This document shows positions 32,257-46,156 of a stretch of 64,000 nucleotides of DNA, one piece after another. Below the pieces are notes generated by a model that saw only the letters and a program-made list of their open reading frames with translations, did no database searches and was not told the origin of the DNA. Position 1 is the first letter of the stretch. Every line of letters begins with the position of its first letter. Location: contig CM097885.1 of the NCBI GenBank assembly GCA_044892525.1, positions 265,732,001 through 265,796,000 on the forward strand, in the 5' to 3' direction. A program made the translations under genes and the position numbers. This DNA is from Schmidtea polychroa. Taxonomy: Eukaryota.

Positions 32257-33601
32257 CACCATATAACAATTTGGCATCTTGAGTCTTCGAAGCTTTGTTC
32301 CTCGTGCGTTCATCTCATGAGCTTCTCAATTATTTAATGAGCCGTATTCATGTGGTTCGGTCGGAATTATAAACATTTCATCTTAGGGAGTCATTCTTTG
32401 AATTTGTCGTAACCTCCGGGTTTTTGCACAGACAAAATAACAAGATGACTTTTCATTGTGTCGATTCTAATCTGAAAACTGTGGTACCGTCCAAAGTATG
32501 GGTAACCTCCCAAAAAATCTTTAAACATTTATATATACAGGCGTGAATTCAAAGTTTTTTCTTTTTATTTTTATCAATTTGGCATCAGTGATCATATTAA
32601 TTTGGGATCATATAAATTTGTTTTCAGCAATTTACAAATGAAGAAAAGTATATTTGATTTAGAATGAAATCATTAATTTAATCCTATTTACTTCTAGTGA
32701 TAAATGGAAAGGAATTTAATTGCAACAAGTAGTTCATTTTTCGTCGCCCATAAAAATATGATATCCATCATTTTGCCTCTAAATGATTTTCGTGAATTTT
32801 TTATTTTCATGGCGGCATCTGGCTGAGATTGTTCGTTTGGATGTCATGTCCCTTTATTTATGGATCAAAATTATAACCATAATGATAGTATTAATCGTAC
32901 TAATAATTCAATGTCTTTTTCAACATTTAGGACAAACTATGAGAAATCAGGGCTGTCTTGCGAGAATCAGCAAGTATGACAACTTAAAATTACTATTGTT
33001 ATTAAATTTGTCCAAATAATGGGATTTGCAGTTAAGTCTACGGATCCGACCTTAATGTGTATGGTTCTTTGTTCAACATAAAGAAAATATTATTTTATTT
33101 TAAAATTATTTTTTTTGTTATGGATAAACATTATTAAGATTGTTAATCATATAATATCAATGTAATTTTAAAATTAGAACTAATTAAAAAATTTTTTTTT
33201 GTGATTAAATAATTGTTTAAATAATCATAAAAATAATTTAACACCACCATTTTGAAACGTGACGTCTTCGATCGAATTTCTGATTTACAAAGTAAATTAT
33301 TGCTTTATATTATAAGTTTATATATATATTTAAAGGTAAAAGGCTGTAAGTGTATTACAAAGATGATTATGAACCATTGAAATGCATTTCACCATTCGAT
33401 TGGCATCTTGTATATTTCCATGTTAGTTTTTGATATTTCTGACAAATTGAAATTTTAATAATTTATGACAAAACGCAAAACCGAGCTTTATATTTACTCA
33501 ATTACAAATTATTTGTTATCAATTCTAAGTTATTTATTATTTAGTCTCATAATTCTAGCATAAATTCAGTTCGGTACCAGTCTGTTTTTAAATGAACAAA
33601 T

Positions 33602-34525
33602 GGGTAAAGTGGAATATACGCTCCCACTGATTTACAAAATATACATTACTAGATAAATAGAATGCTGGTTTAACTCATACTAAACTGATAAGATACACTA
33701 AATTCATAAAAATATACTTTTATCAAGATGGCGTGTTAATTTCGTTCCCTTTTTCTTTAAAAATAATTATAATGAATTCCAAGTTGATTCCATCTTTTGA
33801 GTGTTAATTTTTGGATTATCAGGATTGAAAAAATTATAACGGTGGGTTACGAAAAAATTGGTAATTCCAGACTAATTTTAATTAATTCTCCAAGCACAAT
33901 TACACTTCGATTCTCAACTATTTCCATAAACGCTTCAAACATATCCCCTCTTGCTATTCACTCAACCATCCAAACAGTACTTACAATTTTCCCAACATTG
34001 TACTTTCTTTTTGTTACGACACTTTCATCGATTTACACTATTTTTCCTGGTTTCCATATTTTTGTCTTTGGGACAAAGCGGATAAAATATTCAAATCCAA
34101 TATCTCGCATGAACATATACCAGTCAATTACAGAATTTTTATAGACATTCAAAACACATCTTGAATGCTTGTTTTGCGAGACCATTCATACTTAATAACA
34201 ACCAATATTTTTAGTGGGAGTTTAGATTTTTCAAAAATTGTACTCTTGTTACACTATCAGTCACTGCATTTCCAACGACAGGCATCTGAACTGGTTTATT
34301 ACAAGTTGCAAGGTAACGGGTTGAAGCAATCAAATTGTTGGTTTGTAACAATGTTATCAAATTTTCTTGTGTTCTGCAAATATCAAACAGATTATAGCGT
34401 TTAAAGAAAGGTCTAATCACTACTAGAATTAAATTTCTGCAAATAGATTATAATTACAAAATAATCAAATATAAAATTGATTTTTAATTAATATATAAAT
34501 GGGGGGCGTATATTCCACTTTACCC
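33602..34525 (-). mobile_element. Merlin (IS1016/ISXO2-like) DNA transposon, degenerate and internally deleted
   Basis: ~24-bp TIRs GGGTAAAGTGGAATATACGC(T/C)CCC; 8-bp TSD GAACAAAT; remnants IDESVVTKRKYNVG and NTQKMESTW. Confidence 0.9.
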
Positions 34526-35207
34526 GAACAAATTTATCAATTTAAATTATTTCAGTTGAAATATAATATATTTTTGAGATTTTTCAAACCAAGGAGTCTC
34601 TAAAAACAAGAGACATGTAATACAGGACTTTTTTATTCTTAAACTAATATATAAATTTTTTATTTTATCTACAAAACCATTTACAAACATTCATATATTT
34701 CAATGCGCAATTGATAACGGTGGAAACCTTTTTAATTATTCCATTTTCAATTTTGCAACAAATGCTTAATATTTGGTTTTCTTGATTCCTTTAATATTCT
34801 TTTTCCCGGTTCTCATAACGCTTTGCCACACACCACTTTGTAATAGCACAGGCAATTCAACTCCATCTTCTAACAACTTCTGACAGACTTTTGATACCTT
34901 ATGAGACGATAATGATAACCTTGTCTCAAGATTACATGCAGAAGAAGTGCTGTATTTCTTTTTTGGAATTGGCGATGAAGACTGATTTATGCTGTTGTCT
35001 TATTACAATTGGTATTTTTTGTAATATTTTTATCTTCACTATTTGTATCAACCAAAGAATCTTGCAGTGGCTCACATTCAATATTAGATGTAGATCTTTT
35101 CAAGTAATGTCTTTTTGAAGATAAACCTAGTGCGGGTTTCACAATTGTATAACCGATTTTTCCATCAGATTTATGCTGCTTTTGATACAACTCTTTATCC
35201 TCTATAC

Positions 35208-37420
35208 CAGTGGTTCTCAAACTTTTTTGATCACGACCCAAATTTTTGACATTTCATGCCAAAAATTTTATTGCGACCCACATGACAAAGATTAATTTTA
35301 AAATAAATGTTTATTTAATGAGATGAATGTAGTTGCTTAAGTTCAAGTATTTTTGACATCCTTGGTGAATAATTTTTACTCAAACATATTCGAAGATCGT
35401 TTGAAATATTGAGTTGGTTTCTTTGCTTTGTCTTTATTTGAACCAATTTACTAAATCCAGATTCACAAAGCCATGTAGATGTAAATGGAATAAGAATTTT
35501 CATAGCTAAATCTTTCAAGTTATAATATTTTTGTGATATATTGCACCAAAATTTCAACAAATCAACTTCATGAAAAAATTTTTTCATATTAATATCTGAA
35601 TTTAAATCAATTATTTCTTCGATAAATTCGTTTTTTAAAGAAAATTTTGTTGATAAAATTTCTGTACTAAAAGGATTTGAAATAAGCAAAACAATAGTTT
35701 CTTTTGAAAATAGACTATGAAAATAATCATTGAATTTAACAATCAAAGCATCCAAATGATTAAAAATTATAATTTTGATGTTATCAGAATTTTCATAATT
35801 TTTCAATTCTTGAGAAAGTTTTGGAAAAATATTGAAGTCGTTTTTAACAATACATTCTTTCCAAAAATATATTTTGTTAATAAACCCCTTTAATGAAGAA
35901 AATGATTCAATAATTGTTTTTTCAGAGCCCTGAAGTTGTAAGTTTAGTTGATTTAGTTTTTCAAATATATCACAAAGATATGCAAATTTCAAAATCCAGA
36001 AGAAATCATTAAATTTGGTTGCTAGTTCTGGTTTTTCACACTGCAAAAAAAGTTCAACTTCATTTTTCAAATCAAACAATCGATTAAGCACTTTTCCTCT
36101 TGATAACCAGCGCACATTGCTGTAATATAATAAATTTTCGTATTCAGAATTCATTTCACTACAAAGCAACTTGAAAAGTCGTGATTTTAATGGATTTGAT
36201 TTTATAAAATTTACAATTTTTATAATATCATTCATAACAATGTCCAATTCTTGAGATAAATCGTTGGCCACCAATGCTTCTCTATGAATTATGCAATGAT
36301 TCCATTCAATATTTGGTGATTTTTCTCTTATAAATTTCATCAATCCAACATTTTCCCTGTACACGACGAAGCTCCATCCGTACAAACTTCAATACATTGA
36401 TTCCAATTTAACTGATTTTTTTCGAAGAATTCATTTAATAATCTAAATATATCAATTCCTTTTGTATTTGACGCAAAATTTTCATGAAAAAGAAAATTTT
36501 CCACAATATATTCATTGCAAATATATCTAGCAAAGACTAGCAGATTAGATTGATTAGAAATATCAGTTGATTCGTCAAGTTGGATTGCAAAGTATGGAGA
36601 TTTTCTAATATCAATTAAAATTTGTTCAGATAAATCAGCAGAAATATCACTTATTCTTCTACGAATAGTATCATTAGATACAGCTATGTCATTTAATTTT
36701 TCCGATTCTTTTTCACTAAACATTATTGATGAAATTTTTTTCATTGTAGGCATTAAAAAAGATTCAGCAATATTATGGCTCTTCATATGTTTAGCGATTT
36801 CATAAGCAATAGTATATGATGCTAATGTTGATGTTTCATTTTTCGAAGTAAATTTCAATATTGCATTTTTTTGATTCGTCAATAACTTTTTCTTTTCTTC
36901 AAAAATACTTCTTGGAGAATTAACAAAATCAGGATGATTTGTTTCTAAATGTCGTTTTAGTTTACTTGGTTTTAATGATTCTGATGATAAAGTAACTCCA
37001 CAAATTACACACTGAGGTTTATTTCCATTATTACAAAACCCAAAGTCTATGAAATTTTCATTAAAATTACAATTTGCAGATTTTTGGTTTGAATTAGACA
37101 AGCTTGGAGATTTCATTTTAAGATTATTGAAACAAAATGAGATGGATGGATAGAAAATTTTTTCACTTTGCAATGACCCCTGCTCAACTTTAAATGGCTT
37201 AAATCGAAATTTTTTGAAATTAACTCTTATTATTAAAAAATCAAAATAACAATATTTAAGAAAATAATAAGCGTTCTAAATATTAATTTATATAAATAAA
37301 TTTAAAAGGCTTAAACTTCCAAAATTTATATTTGTAGATCTTTCCATAAGTCATCGCGACCCACCAAAAATTCTTTCGCGGCCCAAAAATGGGTCGCGAC
37401 CCATAGTTTGAGAAACACTG
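35208..37420 (-). mobile_element. hAT Charlie/Buster (SCAND3/ZBED5-like) transposon; transposase has one frameshift
   Basis: TIRs CAGTGGTTCTCAAAC / CAGTGTTTCTCAAAC. ORFs 36340-37173 and 35315-36385 (QLDESTD, TDGAS, HCIIHREAL, VRWLSRGKVL) join by a 1-nt shift near 36351-36354. Confidence 0.92.
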
Positions 37421-37485
37421 GTTTAGGGTGATGGTTAAATTGTTTTACATATTATTGTCAAAAAAAGTCTAAAACTCCGGTTGAA

Positions 37486-37686
37486 TTGTGTTCCGATCTC
37501 GTTTATCAGTTTACATATAATAGGTGTAATGCCACATACATTGGAGATACTTCCCGTCATCTCTGCATTCAAGCTCGAGAACATTATAAACCAAAGGCTT
37601 TGACCAATATTAGTGACCACAATAAGGGCTGTAAGATTAAAATAGGTATGTCTGATTTGAAAGTTTTATATTTTGTAATCAGATAA
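37486..37686 (+). pseudogene. GIY-YIG endonuclease remnant of a Penelope-like retroelement
   Basis: LVYQF...CNATYIGDTSRHL...AREH. Confidence 0.75.
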
Positions 37687-39210
37687 TAGAATATGATGTA
37701 AAGTAAAGTTTTTATTAATTCCATGTTGTAGTATAGGGTACTTCCAATTTTCAATATTTTTTTTCAATGCTTCACTACCGAAGTTTTGTCAAAAATGTTT
37801 TCTAGACATATATATGATACATTTATTACGATTTAAATGAAAAATCCATTTAATAGTAAAACATTATTCATCTCTTGATATTTTTCCCTATGTATTCATT
37901 AGAAAACCATTCATTGTAAACATTTTTCAAACGATATTACAGCAGGAGTTTTCAATAACTTTGTGAAAGTTAAATTCTTCATGAGCTGCTATTCAAGAAG
38001 AACAACAACTCATGATTTATGCCTTTTAATCTTAAGTGTCAATTGTATTACATATTTAATTTTTCGGAATTGTCTCTCAATTTCGATGAATGATAATATG
38101 GGCTTATATAATTCATTTCCTTATTGTGATCTTCTGAAAAATTTCTGATTGATTTGAATGAAAATGCCTTGCCTTTGCTATGATTAACCATCATTGTGGC
38201 TACAAATGTTATTATTTAGTTTTTATAATTATTCAAACCATTCTATTTTCATCTTGCGATTTACCTGTATCTTGGGTCATGAATTTACGGTGTTGATCTT
38301 CATAACCCTCAGAACTTATTGCTGATTGCAAAAGCGACAGAAATCCACATAGATTGTTTCAAATAATTTGTAATAAACTTATTTATATAATTTTTTTCTT
38401 TAGAGACTGTTATTAATATCAACAAAGTATTAAAAGAAATCTTTGTATATAAAAGTTATTTCATACCGACATTATTAGTACCGACGTTGCAGAGTTTTCT
38501 TTAATATTCCTTAATGCATTTATATCGGTTTTCATCTGAAATACAAACTTTAATATTATCCATCACTACGACTCTATTTATGTATTTTAATAATGTTTAA
38601 CTTAAACTATTACTGTATTTCCTCTTTAACCTTTTCATTTCTTTGCTATGATTATTATGTTTTTACTGTATTTCCCTATTTCAACGGCTACAAATGACTT
38701 ATCCATTCTAACAATTCAGGAGCAATGACTTTCTTAGTTTTCATCTTAATGTAATGAATATCTCTGTATAAGCATTTAACATATAAATATTCCATAAAAT
38801 GATTCGTATAATATAAAAAGCAACTCTTTGTGTTATATAATATCCTAATTTGTGTTTATTCAGGATTCGAAATACATTTCCGATAACCCTTTATCCTTTC
38901 TTTCGAAAGAGCAAATCTTTGACGCTATAGACACCTTCATCTGTTTCCAATATTAATGAGTAAATAAAATCTGGAAATTTCAATAATTGTGTAGATGTTA
39001 GTTCTAATATTTAATTTTGAAATGAAATCTTTCAAAGTCTTTCCAAACGACCTTCTATGTTTTTTTCTATACAATGTTTCTCAGAATTTTAATAATTCAG
39101 AGAGATGCATTATTACTACCTAACAGCAACACCTACCACCTGAAGTACAGTATGAATGTAACTGAAATATGATTTAATTACATTAAAATTATTTATTTAT
39201 TTCATTTTAG

Positions 39211-39564
39211 GGATAAATCTTCTACAAAAAATAACATACGCATAAAATTCAAAACCGGATCAAATGACGGTATGCTAATATTGCTAAAAAAGATTTATAG
39301 CATTAAAAAGTCATTTTTGGTTATTGCGATTCGAAATGGAGTTATAGAAGTAGCAATAAATTTAGGAGGGAAAAATGGAATTTTAAGAATAACTGGCGAC
39401 AAGAATATTTCAGATAACAAATGGCATACAGTGCAGGTCATTAGGTAAATATTTCAGAAATAACAGGAACGTTGTACTTCTAATAGATGATCGAATGTTT
39501 CGTGCGCAAATGCTGGACAACGATAATTATAATACTCTTACAACTGATGGATGGATGTGGCTTG
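39211..39564 (+). CDS. Laminin-G domain exons of a host extracellular-matrix gene (agrin/perlecan/EYS-like); possibly a pseudogenised fragment
   Basis: Exon 39211-39444: IRIKFKTGSNDGMLIL...IAIRNG...NLGG...ISDNKWHTVQVIR. Exon 39458-39564: NNRNVVLLIDD...TLTTDGWMWLG, ending at a GTAAGT donor. Confidence 0.8.
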
Positions 39565-40096
39565 GTAAGTTTCATTTTCTTTTTGTCACAAAATTTATAA
39601 AATATTTTATAAAAATCTTACAATTTTATCATATATTATCAGATAATGAAAACAATGAAATAAATGTTCTTACTATTTCAACTTTTGACATCCTTAACTC
39701 GTGCTTTGTGAGCCATGTGCGGTTCAACTAGAAATTTAAACGCGTCAGTGACTTTCTCAATTTCGCCAATTATATTATAAGAAACATACAAAAGTTTAGA
39801 AAAAATTAATGAAACATACAAACACGGCGACACAATTTCTTTAATAAAATACAAATGCTAACAAGCGATAAAATGAACTTGAAAACTATTTTCAAGACTC
39901 GAAGTATAGTTTCATTTTAGAAAAACGAAGAAATTTTAAAATTTTAATTTGTTTATTATTAATAATTGTCGAATTATTGCAAAGTTTTTATTCTTTCCTT
40001 GTATTTATGTGTTTTTGTATTGGTTTTATTATTATTATTAATCCAAAAATTTACAATCTTTAACTCTGTCTTGGAAAGTGTCCCGTATTAGACATG

Positions 40097-40265
40097 TAAA
40101 TGGCTTAAATCGAAATTTTTTAAAATTAACTCTTATTATTAAAAAATCAAAATAACAATATTTAAGAAAATAATAAGCGTTCTAAATATTAATTTATATA
40201 AATAAATTTAAAAGGCTTAAACTTCCAAAATTTATATGGTTTGACCCATAGTTTGAGAAACACTG
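40097..40265. repeat. Second, internally deleted copy of the Charlie element end
   Basis: Matches 37191-37332 plus the terminal TIR; followed by GTCTATAC (7/8 to the left flank CTCTATAC at 35200-35207). Confidence 0.9.
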
Positions 40266-40383
40266 GTCTATACAAAGCCAGATGCCATTAACCTTCGTAC
40301 GCACTACATAACATAAAAGAGATTTACATTTATCGAGTAGCCATCTAAAAGTTAATTAAAAGTTAGAATTTGATTGAATCTAA

Positions 40384-42485
40384 TGTTGGGCTGAGTCGGG
40401 AAATCAATTTGGGAAACTAAGAAAGTAAAATAAGCAAGAGATTAAAAGAAAACAAAATAAAATAAACAAATTTAGGAATACCATAAAATAAGATATAAAA
40501 ACAATAATTAGAAAATAAGAATTAAAACAAAAAATATAAAACTAAGAAAAATTAAAATAAGACAATAGAATGACGAAAAATAACGTAAAATGTAGCAAAT
40601 AATAAGGAAATCAAAGAAATTAAATAAAAACATAATAAAAATAAAGAAAATAGGAAGAAATAACTCAAAAACAAGGAAAATAAATTAAAATAATAAAATT
40701 AAGCGGTACTCAATTCTGATTGGTCCGCGTAAATAGAAAATTAATATATAAGCAGACATTAAAATCATAATAATTACCTTTAATCCAACAATTGCAATAG
40801 GTAAAACAACAACTCACAGCTAACAGCCACCGACTTACAGTAGCTTGCAAGGACTAATTCAGAAAATCAAGAAACTTCAACTAAATCTATATTCTACTCA
40901 AGCATCAACCGATTCGACCCAGTGTTTCCGACTCAGCCTATATTGAATACTTGGTAAGGAGTTTTTCGTTTTATATTTGGGTTTATTAAGTAATGATTAT
41001 GTATACATGCATTAATTATAATTTTTATCTTTAAAATTTTGTTCTCTTTTCGTTTGATCTAAATGCGTTGCGTAATTGAATGATTTAGTGATTTAACAAT
41101 AAATGGTTTATTATGCATCAGTAATCTTATTATTTGTAATTTTATGCTATTCAAATTTTTCGAGAAACGTGGCATTGAGATACTCCATGTCATGGTGTGA
41201 GGTGCCTTCGGGAGCTCAGCCGGTGGACATGGAGTTTTCAATCACGCAGCTGATTCGGGCCGTAATGTGGGGGCTTCCTCACGGGTCCGTCGCTGAAGGT
41301 GCGACTAAATTCGATAGAAAATTATGCGAGAAGAGTAAGGTGGAAGAATGAGAACATGAATTGGAAAAAATCTTTTGTATATTTGCGTAGTGATTGAGGG
41401 TGTCGCACTATCGTCTCATAACATCGTTTTATTCCGTTCAACTTTCCTCTATCGCCAAGAGATTCAAGTCCTTCGTCAAAAACTGTTCAAACGTTAGCAA
41501 TGATATGTATGACCCATTATCGGGGTCCCGGATTTTTCTCAAAGTTTAGTCTGACTGTTTCCAGCCAACGAACCTTCGCGATTACTCGTTTCACCATCCA
41601 TGAGTTTATCTTAAAGCTGTAGTTATATTGAATTACGAAAATAAATAGTCTCAAACAATCGTCTGATTAAAAGCACAATAACTCTAATCAGGAAAAATGT
41701 AATTTTTAGAACACAATTTATCGTGATAATGCTTACAGATTAAATATGAACTCTCGGCCTACCGTTGAATTGCAATCCGGAGTTGAAGCAAGCAATTAAT
41801 TTTCAAATCGATAGGAATAGATAGCATATGTGGATAACGACCGAGGGCCATGAGTTGAATGGAGAAATAGTAGTTGAGTCCCCAAAGTAGGGAAATTTCC
41901 ATAACGGTGATGCATAGAATTCTAGTTCCAAAATTTCCCTGAGAATTCGCATGTCAATAGTGTGAGAAGAAGGGTGTGGGGTGTGTTCACAGCCGATCTA
42001 TCAGCATTACACGCTACGGAGAAACTACATCTGCATGCATACTCAAACACAAAATATCGCATGAGAATAGTAGTCAGTGATCGTGATTGTTAATAAGTAG
42101 GTGAGAGCGAATACGAGGTAGGTGAATAGCATTGAGAGTCTCAAGAAACGAGGAGCATTAGTCAGTTAGAAACTCTAGTTAGGGGCATCGCGATGGGCGA
42201 CAGAGTGAGAAGACGTAAGTCCTTCTATCGGCAGTCGGGGTTAGGAAGTCGAGACCTCAGTAAGGAGTAGTCCGAAGGAGCTGGCTCACCTGCTTACTGG
42301 CGTCTCGCCGGCATAGCGCAGTTCCAACGTGACGCAACTCACGGGTGCTATGCTGGAGGGTAGGTTATGTACGGGTCCTGCTCAGCGATGACAAAAATAA
42401 AGACGAGCGAAATTGATGTGGGCATTTCATCCTCTAGATTAAACGCGGAACAAAGGGGGGTCATCTGAGTAGCTACCCGCCAACA
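40384..42485 (+). mobile_element. Solo LTR copy C (2.1 kb)
   Basis: TGTTGG...CCAACA with 4-bp TSD CTAA; ATTGG at 40719, GTAAGG donor at 40954, structured motif at 42258-42353. Confidence 0.85.
42258..42353 (+). ncRNA. Conserved structured RNA motif, copy C
   Basis: CAGTAAG/CTTACTG; GCATAGCGC/GTGCTATGC; AGTTCCAA x G; CGTGA/TCACG. Confidence 0.6.
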
Positions 42486-43711
42486 CTAATAATAATATTT
42501 TTTGGTAAATTTTATTTTAATAAAATTTTGAAACAGATGTCTTTGTTTTCAATCATATAAGTGCACGTTGATTTTTCGATTATATTCATTTGAGATCTCA
42601 ACCGACTGAACAAATTTTTAATTTAGTTTGAATACCAGTAATTTGTGACCACATCATCCGATTTGATGGAACAATTCAACATAGGAGATTTAATGCAACG
42701 ATTCGACATCAAGAAAGAATGGCCCAGTAAAATCAAAGAAAACCCAATCAATCCTATCTTACGACAAATAGACATCGATCAAATTAATACACTAACATAC
42801 ACAATCAATTTGAGTCACAAACACAGCAAACACACATTGGAAACTTTTTCCAATTTTACATAAATGGGGCAATAGTTGAAATCCCTGAGGGCTACAAATT
42901 CCAAAAATCAATAAAATATTGGAAAAACCCAAATAGAATAACCCCACAAAAAACACAATAGAACATATCCACAATGAGGGTATAATAGGAATAGTCATTG
43001 ACGATGTTCACTCACGGAAAACGAAACAAATAGGAGCACTATTACAGAAGAAATCCAAATGGACAATAATAATAATAATAATAATTATAATAATAATAAT
43101 AATAATAATAATATTTAACATATTCTGAAATTACTATAATATTCTTGAATTACTGTTCTTAATAATATAAATATATATAGAAATCAATGAAACAATAAGT
43201 CAGACACAAAGATGGTATGTAAGACAGACTGAGAGGAAACTAGTAAAAACTTAGCTGAAACCAACACTGGCTAGTGGTTACAGTAATATATAAGGTCTAT
43301 AATAATTATTATTGTCACCAAAAATAATTATATTTTATACTATATCAATTTGTGCACTTGCTTTTGATTTATTTTGGATGAATCATTGGTGGATAAAACG
43401 TCCTAGAATATGATGATGATATGAATTCATTATCTATTTAAAAACTAAAAAATATTTTCATATTATTTAGAAACAAAAAATAAAATAAATTTGTTTTAAA
43501 TATTTGGCAATATAAAAATATTTACATATTAAATTTTCTTCCCTATAGTTCCAACTCTTCAACCTTGTTTTTAAAGACTGTGTGTTTCTTTGGGTATCTT
43601 TCCGCCTGGCTTGATCTCTAGAGACCTTCTTTTTTGGAGAAAGGTACCCGCATATAATGCAGAATATGTGAGAGACAGAATATATGCGGGACAGTCGCGG
43701 TCCATCTAGCG

Positions 43712-46156
43712 CAGGGGTCTCAAACTCAAACTGGCCTGCGGGCCGCATTAGACTAGTATCATGAGCAGGCGGGCCGCAACATAAATAATTGTTTTCCAGA
43801 ACATGTGAAGTCTGAAACACCGACGTTAATATTTATTTAATTAAAAACTCAACAAAACTAAAAAACATTTTATTTTAATATTTTAGCATTCATTATACTG
43901 CTTTCTTACATTAAAATACTAAAATTAATGTTACTGTGAAATCAATCCATGTTTTGCCCACTTACCTGGCATCGTTTAGCATCAACCAAGGCATCAATGT
44001 TAGGTTTAATGTCCTGTGATGAAACCAGTCTTAGAGATGCTTGCAGATGTTCATCAGTAAGCCTAGATCTTAATGGCGATTTGATAATTTTCATGGAAGA
44101 GAAAAATTGTTCGCAAACATACGTACTTCCAAACATTGCTATCATCCTTGCAGCAGCAGAAAGTAACATAGGAAACCTTTCTTTTGAAACAAACTGATAA
44201 AATTCTAGAATTCCAACATCTGAATACTTTTGCTTCAATATGGAATCACACTGAAGATCTACTAATTCCATCTGCAGTTCCTCTGCTATATTTTCAATCT
44301 CAACGGCGAATGGTGTTGCAAAAAGCTGAAAATGTGGTTCAAGTGCCTTAAAATCGTTAAAACGTAAAACAAATTGTTGATGCAAATCTGAAATTATATC
44401 TGCATATTCTTTCAGGGATTGGTTTTCGACTTTTCCTAAGGAATTCAAAGTTGAGAAATGGGCTAAGTTGCCTACAATAAGCTGTCTTTGAAATAAAGAC
44501 AATTTGACTTTGAATGATTTAACACTGTCATACATCTGTGTAATGACTTGTCTTTTGCCCTGAAGTTTTAAATTTAATGCATTCAAATGACCAGTTAAAT
44601 CTGTCAGAAAGGCAAGGTCGCAAATAAACTTGGCATCAGTAAGCTGTGGAACCTCATTCTTTTTGAGTTTCATGAAAGAATAAATCTCTTCTCTAAGTGC
44701 AAAAAAACGATTCAGCACATTTCCTCGACTCAGCCATCTAACTTCGGTCTAATAAAGAATTTCCCGATATTCGCTTTCTATACTTGCTAGGAAAGAAGTG
44801 AACTGTCGGTGATTTAAGCCTCGTGAACGTATAAAATTGACCGTTTTCACAACCACATCCATGACACCCATCATTTTAATACTTTTGCTACAAAGAGCTT
44901 CTTGGTGCACAATGCAATGTAAGCTAGTGAAATTATTATTTGGTATATTGAGGCTTTGTAGTTTGGTCTTCACCAATCCAACAACACCGATTGTTTGTGA
45001 ACACATAGCTGGCGCTCCATCCGTGACCATTGATACAAGTTTGTTCCATGGTAATCCAGCTTTTTCAAGACAATCTTCCAATCCTTTAAATAAATCACGT
45101 CCCGTTGTGGTATTCTTCAATGGTACCAAGTCTAGAAATTCTTCCGTTACATTAAATTTACTGTCCACTCCTCTTATAAAAATTGCGTACTGTGAAGTAT
45201 CTACCAAATCAGTACTCTCATCAAGAGCGATCGAAAATGCTTCAAAATCTCCAGCCTTTTCAATAAATTGTTTTTTCACATTATCTGCTAAATCGGTTAT
45301 TCTGCTTGCAACTGTATTAGCAGACAGACTTATGCTTTCGAATAGTTTCTTTTTATCAGGAATTAAAATTTCGCTGGCCTTCAAAAAACATTCTTTTATG
45401 AATGGACCTTCTGTGAAAGGTCGCGATGATTCAGCTATCATCAGGCTTAGCTCAAAACTTGTTTTTACTGAATTTTCTGCAAATTGGCTTAAATTCGAAA
45501 AAAAGTTTCGTTGCTTATCAAATCCTATTTTAAGCTGGTTAACTTTTTCATCTCGAATTTTTCCAGTATATTTATCATATTTTTCACGATGCATAGTGTC
45601 GTAGTGCCGGCGAAGGTTGAACTCCTTTGGTACTGCGATAGTCTGCTGGCATATAAGGCACTGAATTTTATCTCTCGCCTCTGTGAAAAAATATAAATTC
45701 TCCCACTTCTCTTGGAAAACCCTTCTTTCATCAACGAGTTTTCTTTTTCTAGATAACGAAGTCATTTTGTGATGGGTATAAAAAATTTTAAATATGCCAA
45801 TTATTTGTTGATTGAAATAACATTAAATTAAAATAAATAAAAATTTAAATTATGTAAAATATATGTATTTTTAATATAACTTATATTTTTTTAATTTTTT
45901 TAATTTAAATAATAAAATCAATAATTTTTAAAATAAATAAACTGTTTTCGATAAGATTCATAAGGAAGATGTAATAAAGCCATTATTAAATTGTACTAGA
46001 CGTCATATGTATAAATAAAAATAATTAAAAAGAGTAGTTTTAATTTATACAGCCAATTATGATTTTAATTGTTAAATAAGTTTGGTTAAATTACAAATCT
46101 ATGTTTGTTCGTTGCGGGCCGTATGCGGCCCGCGGGCCGCGTGTTTGAGACCCCTG
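43712..46156 (-). mobile_element. hAT transposon (GTF2IRD2/SPIN-like), nearly intact
   Basis: Perfect 14-bp TIR CAGGGGTCTCAAAC and perfect TSD ATCTAGCG. A ~607-codon transposase (45765-43942) is broken only by one in-frame TAG at 44749-44751 (ILY*TEVRWLSRG). Confidence 0.96.

Noticed and set aside
32260-33280. Possible additional DNA transposon relic
   Set aside because: No TIR pair, TSD or convincing transposase motif found.
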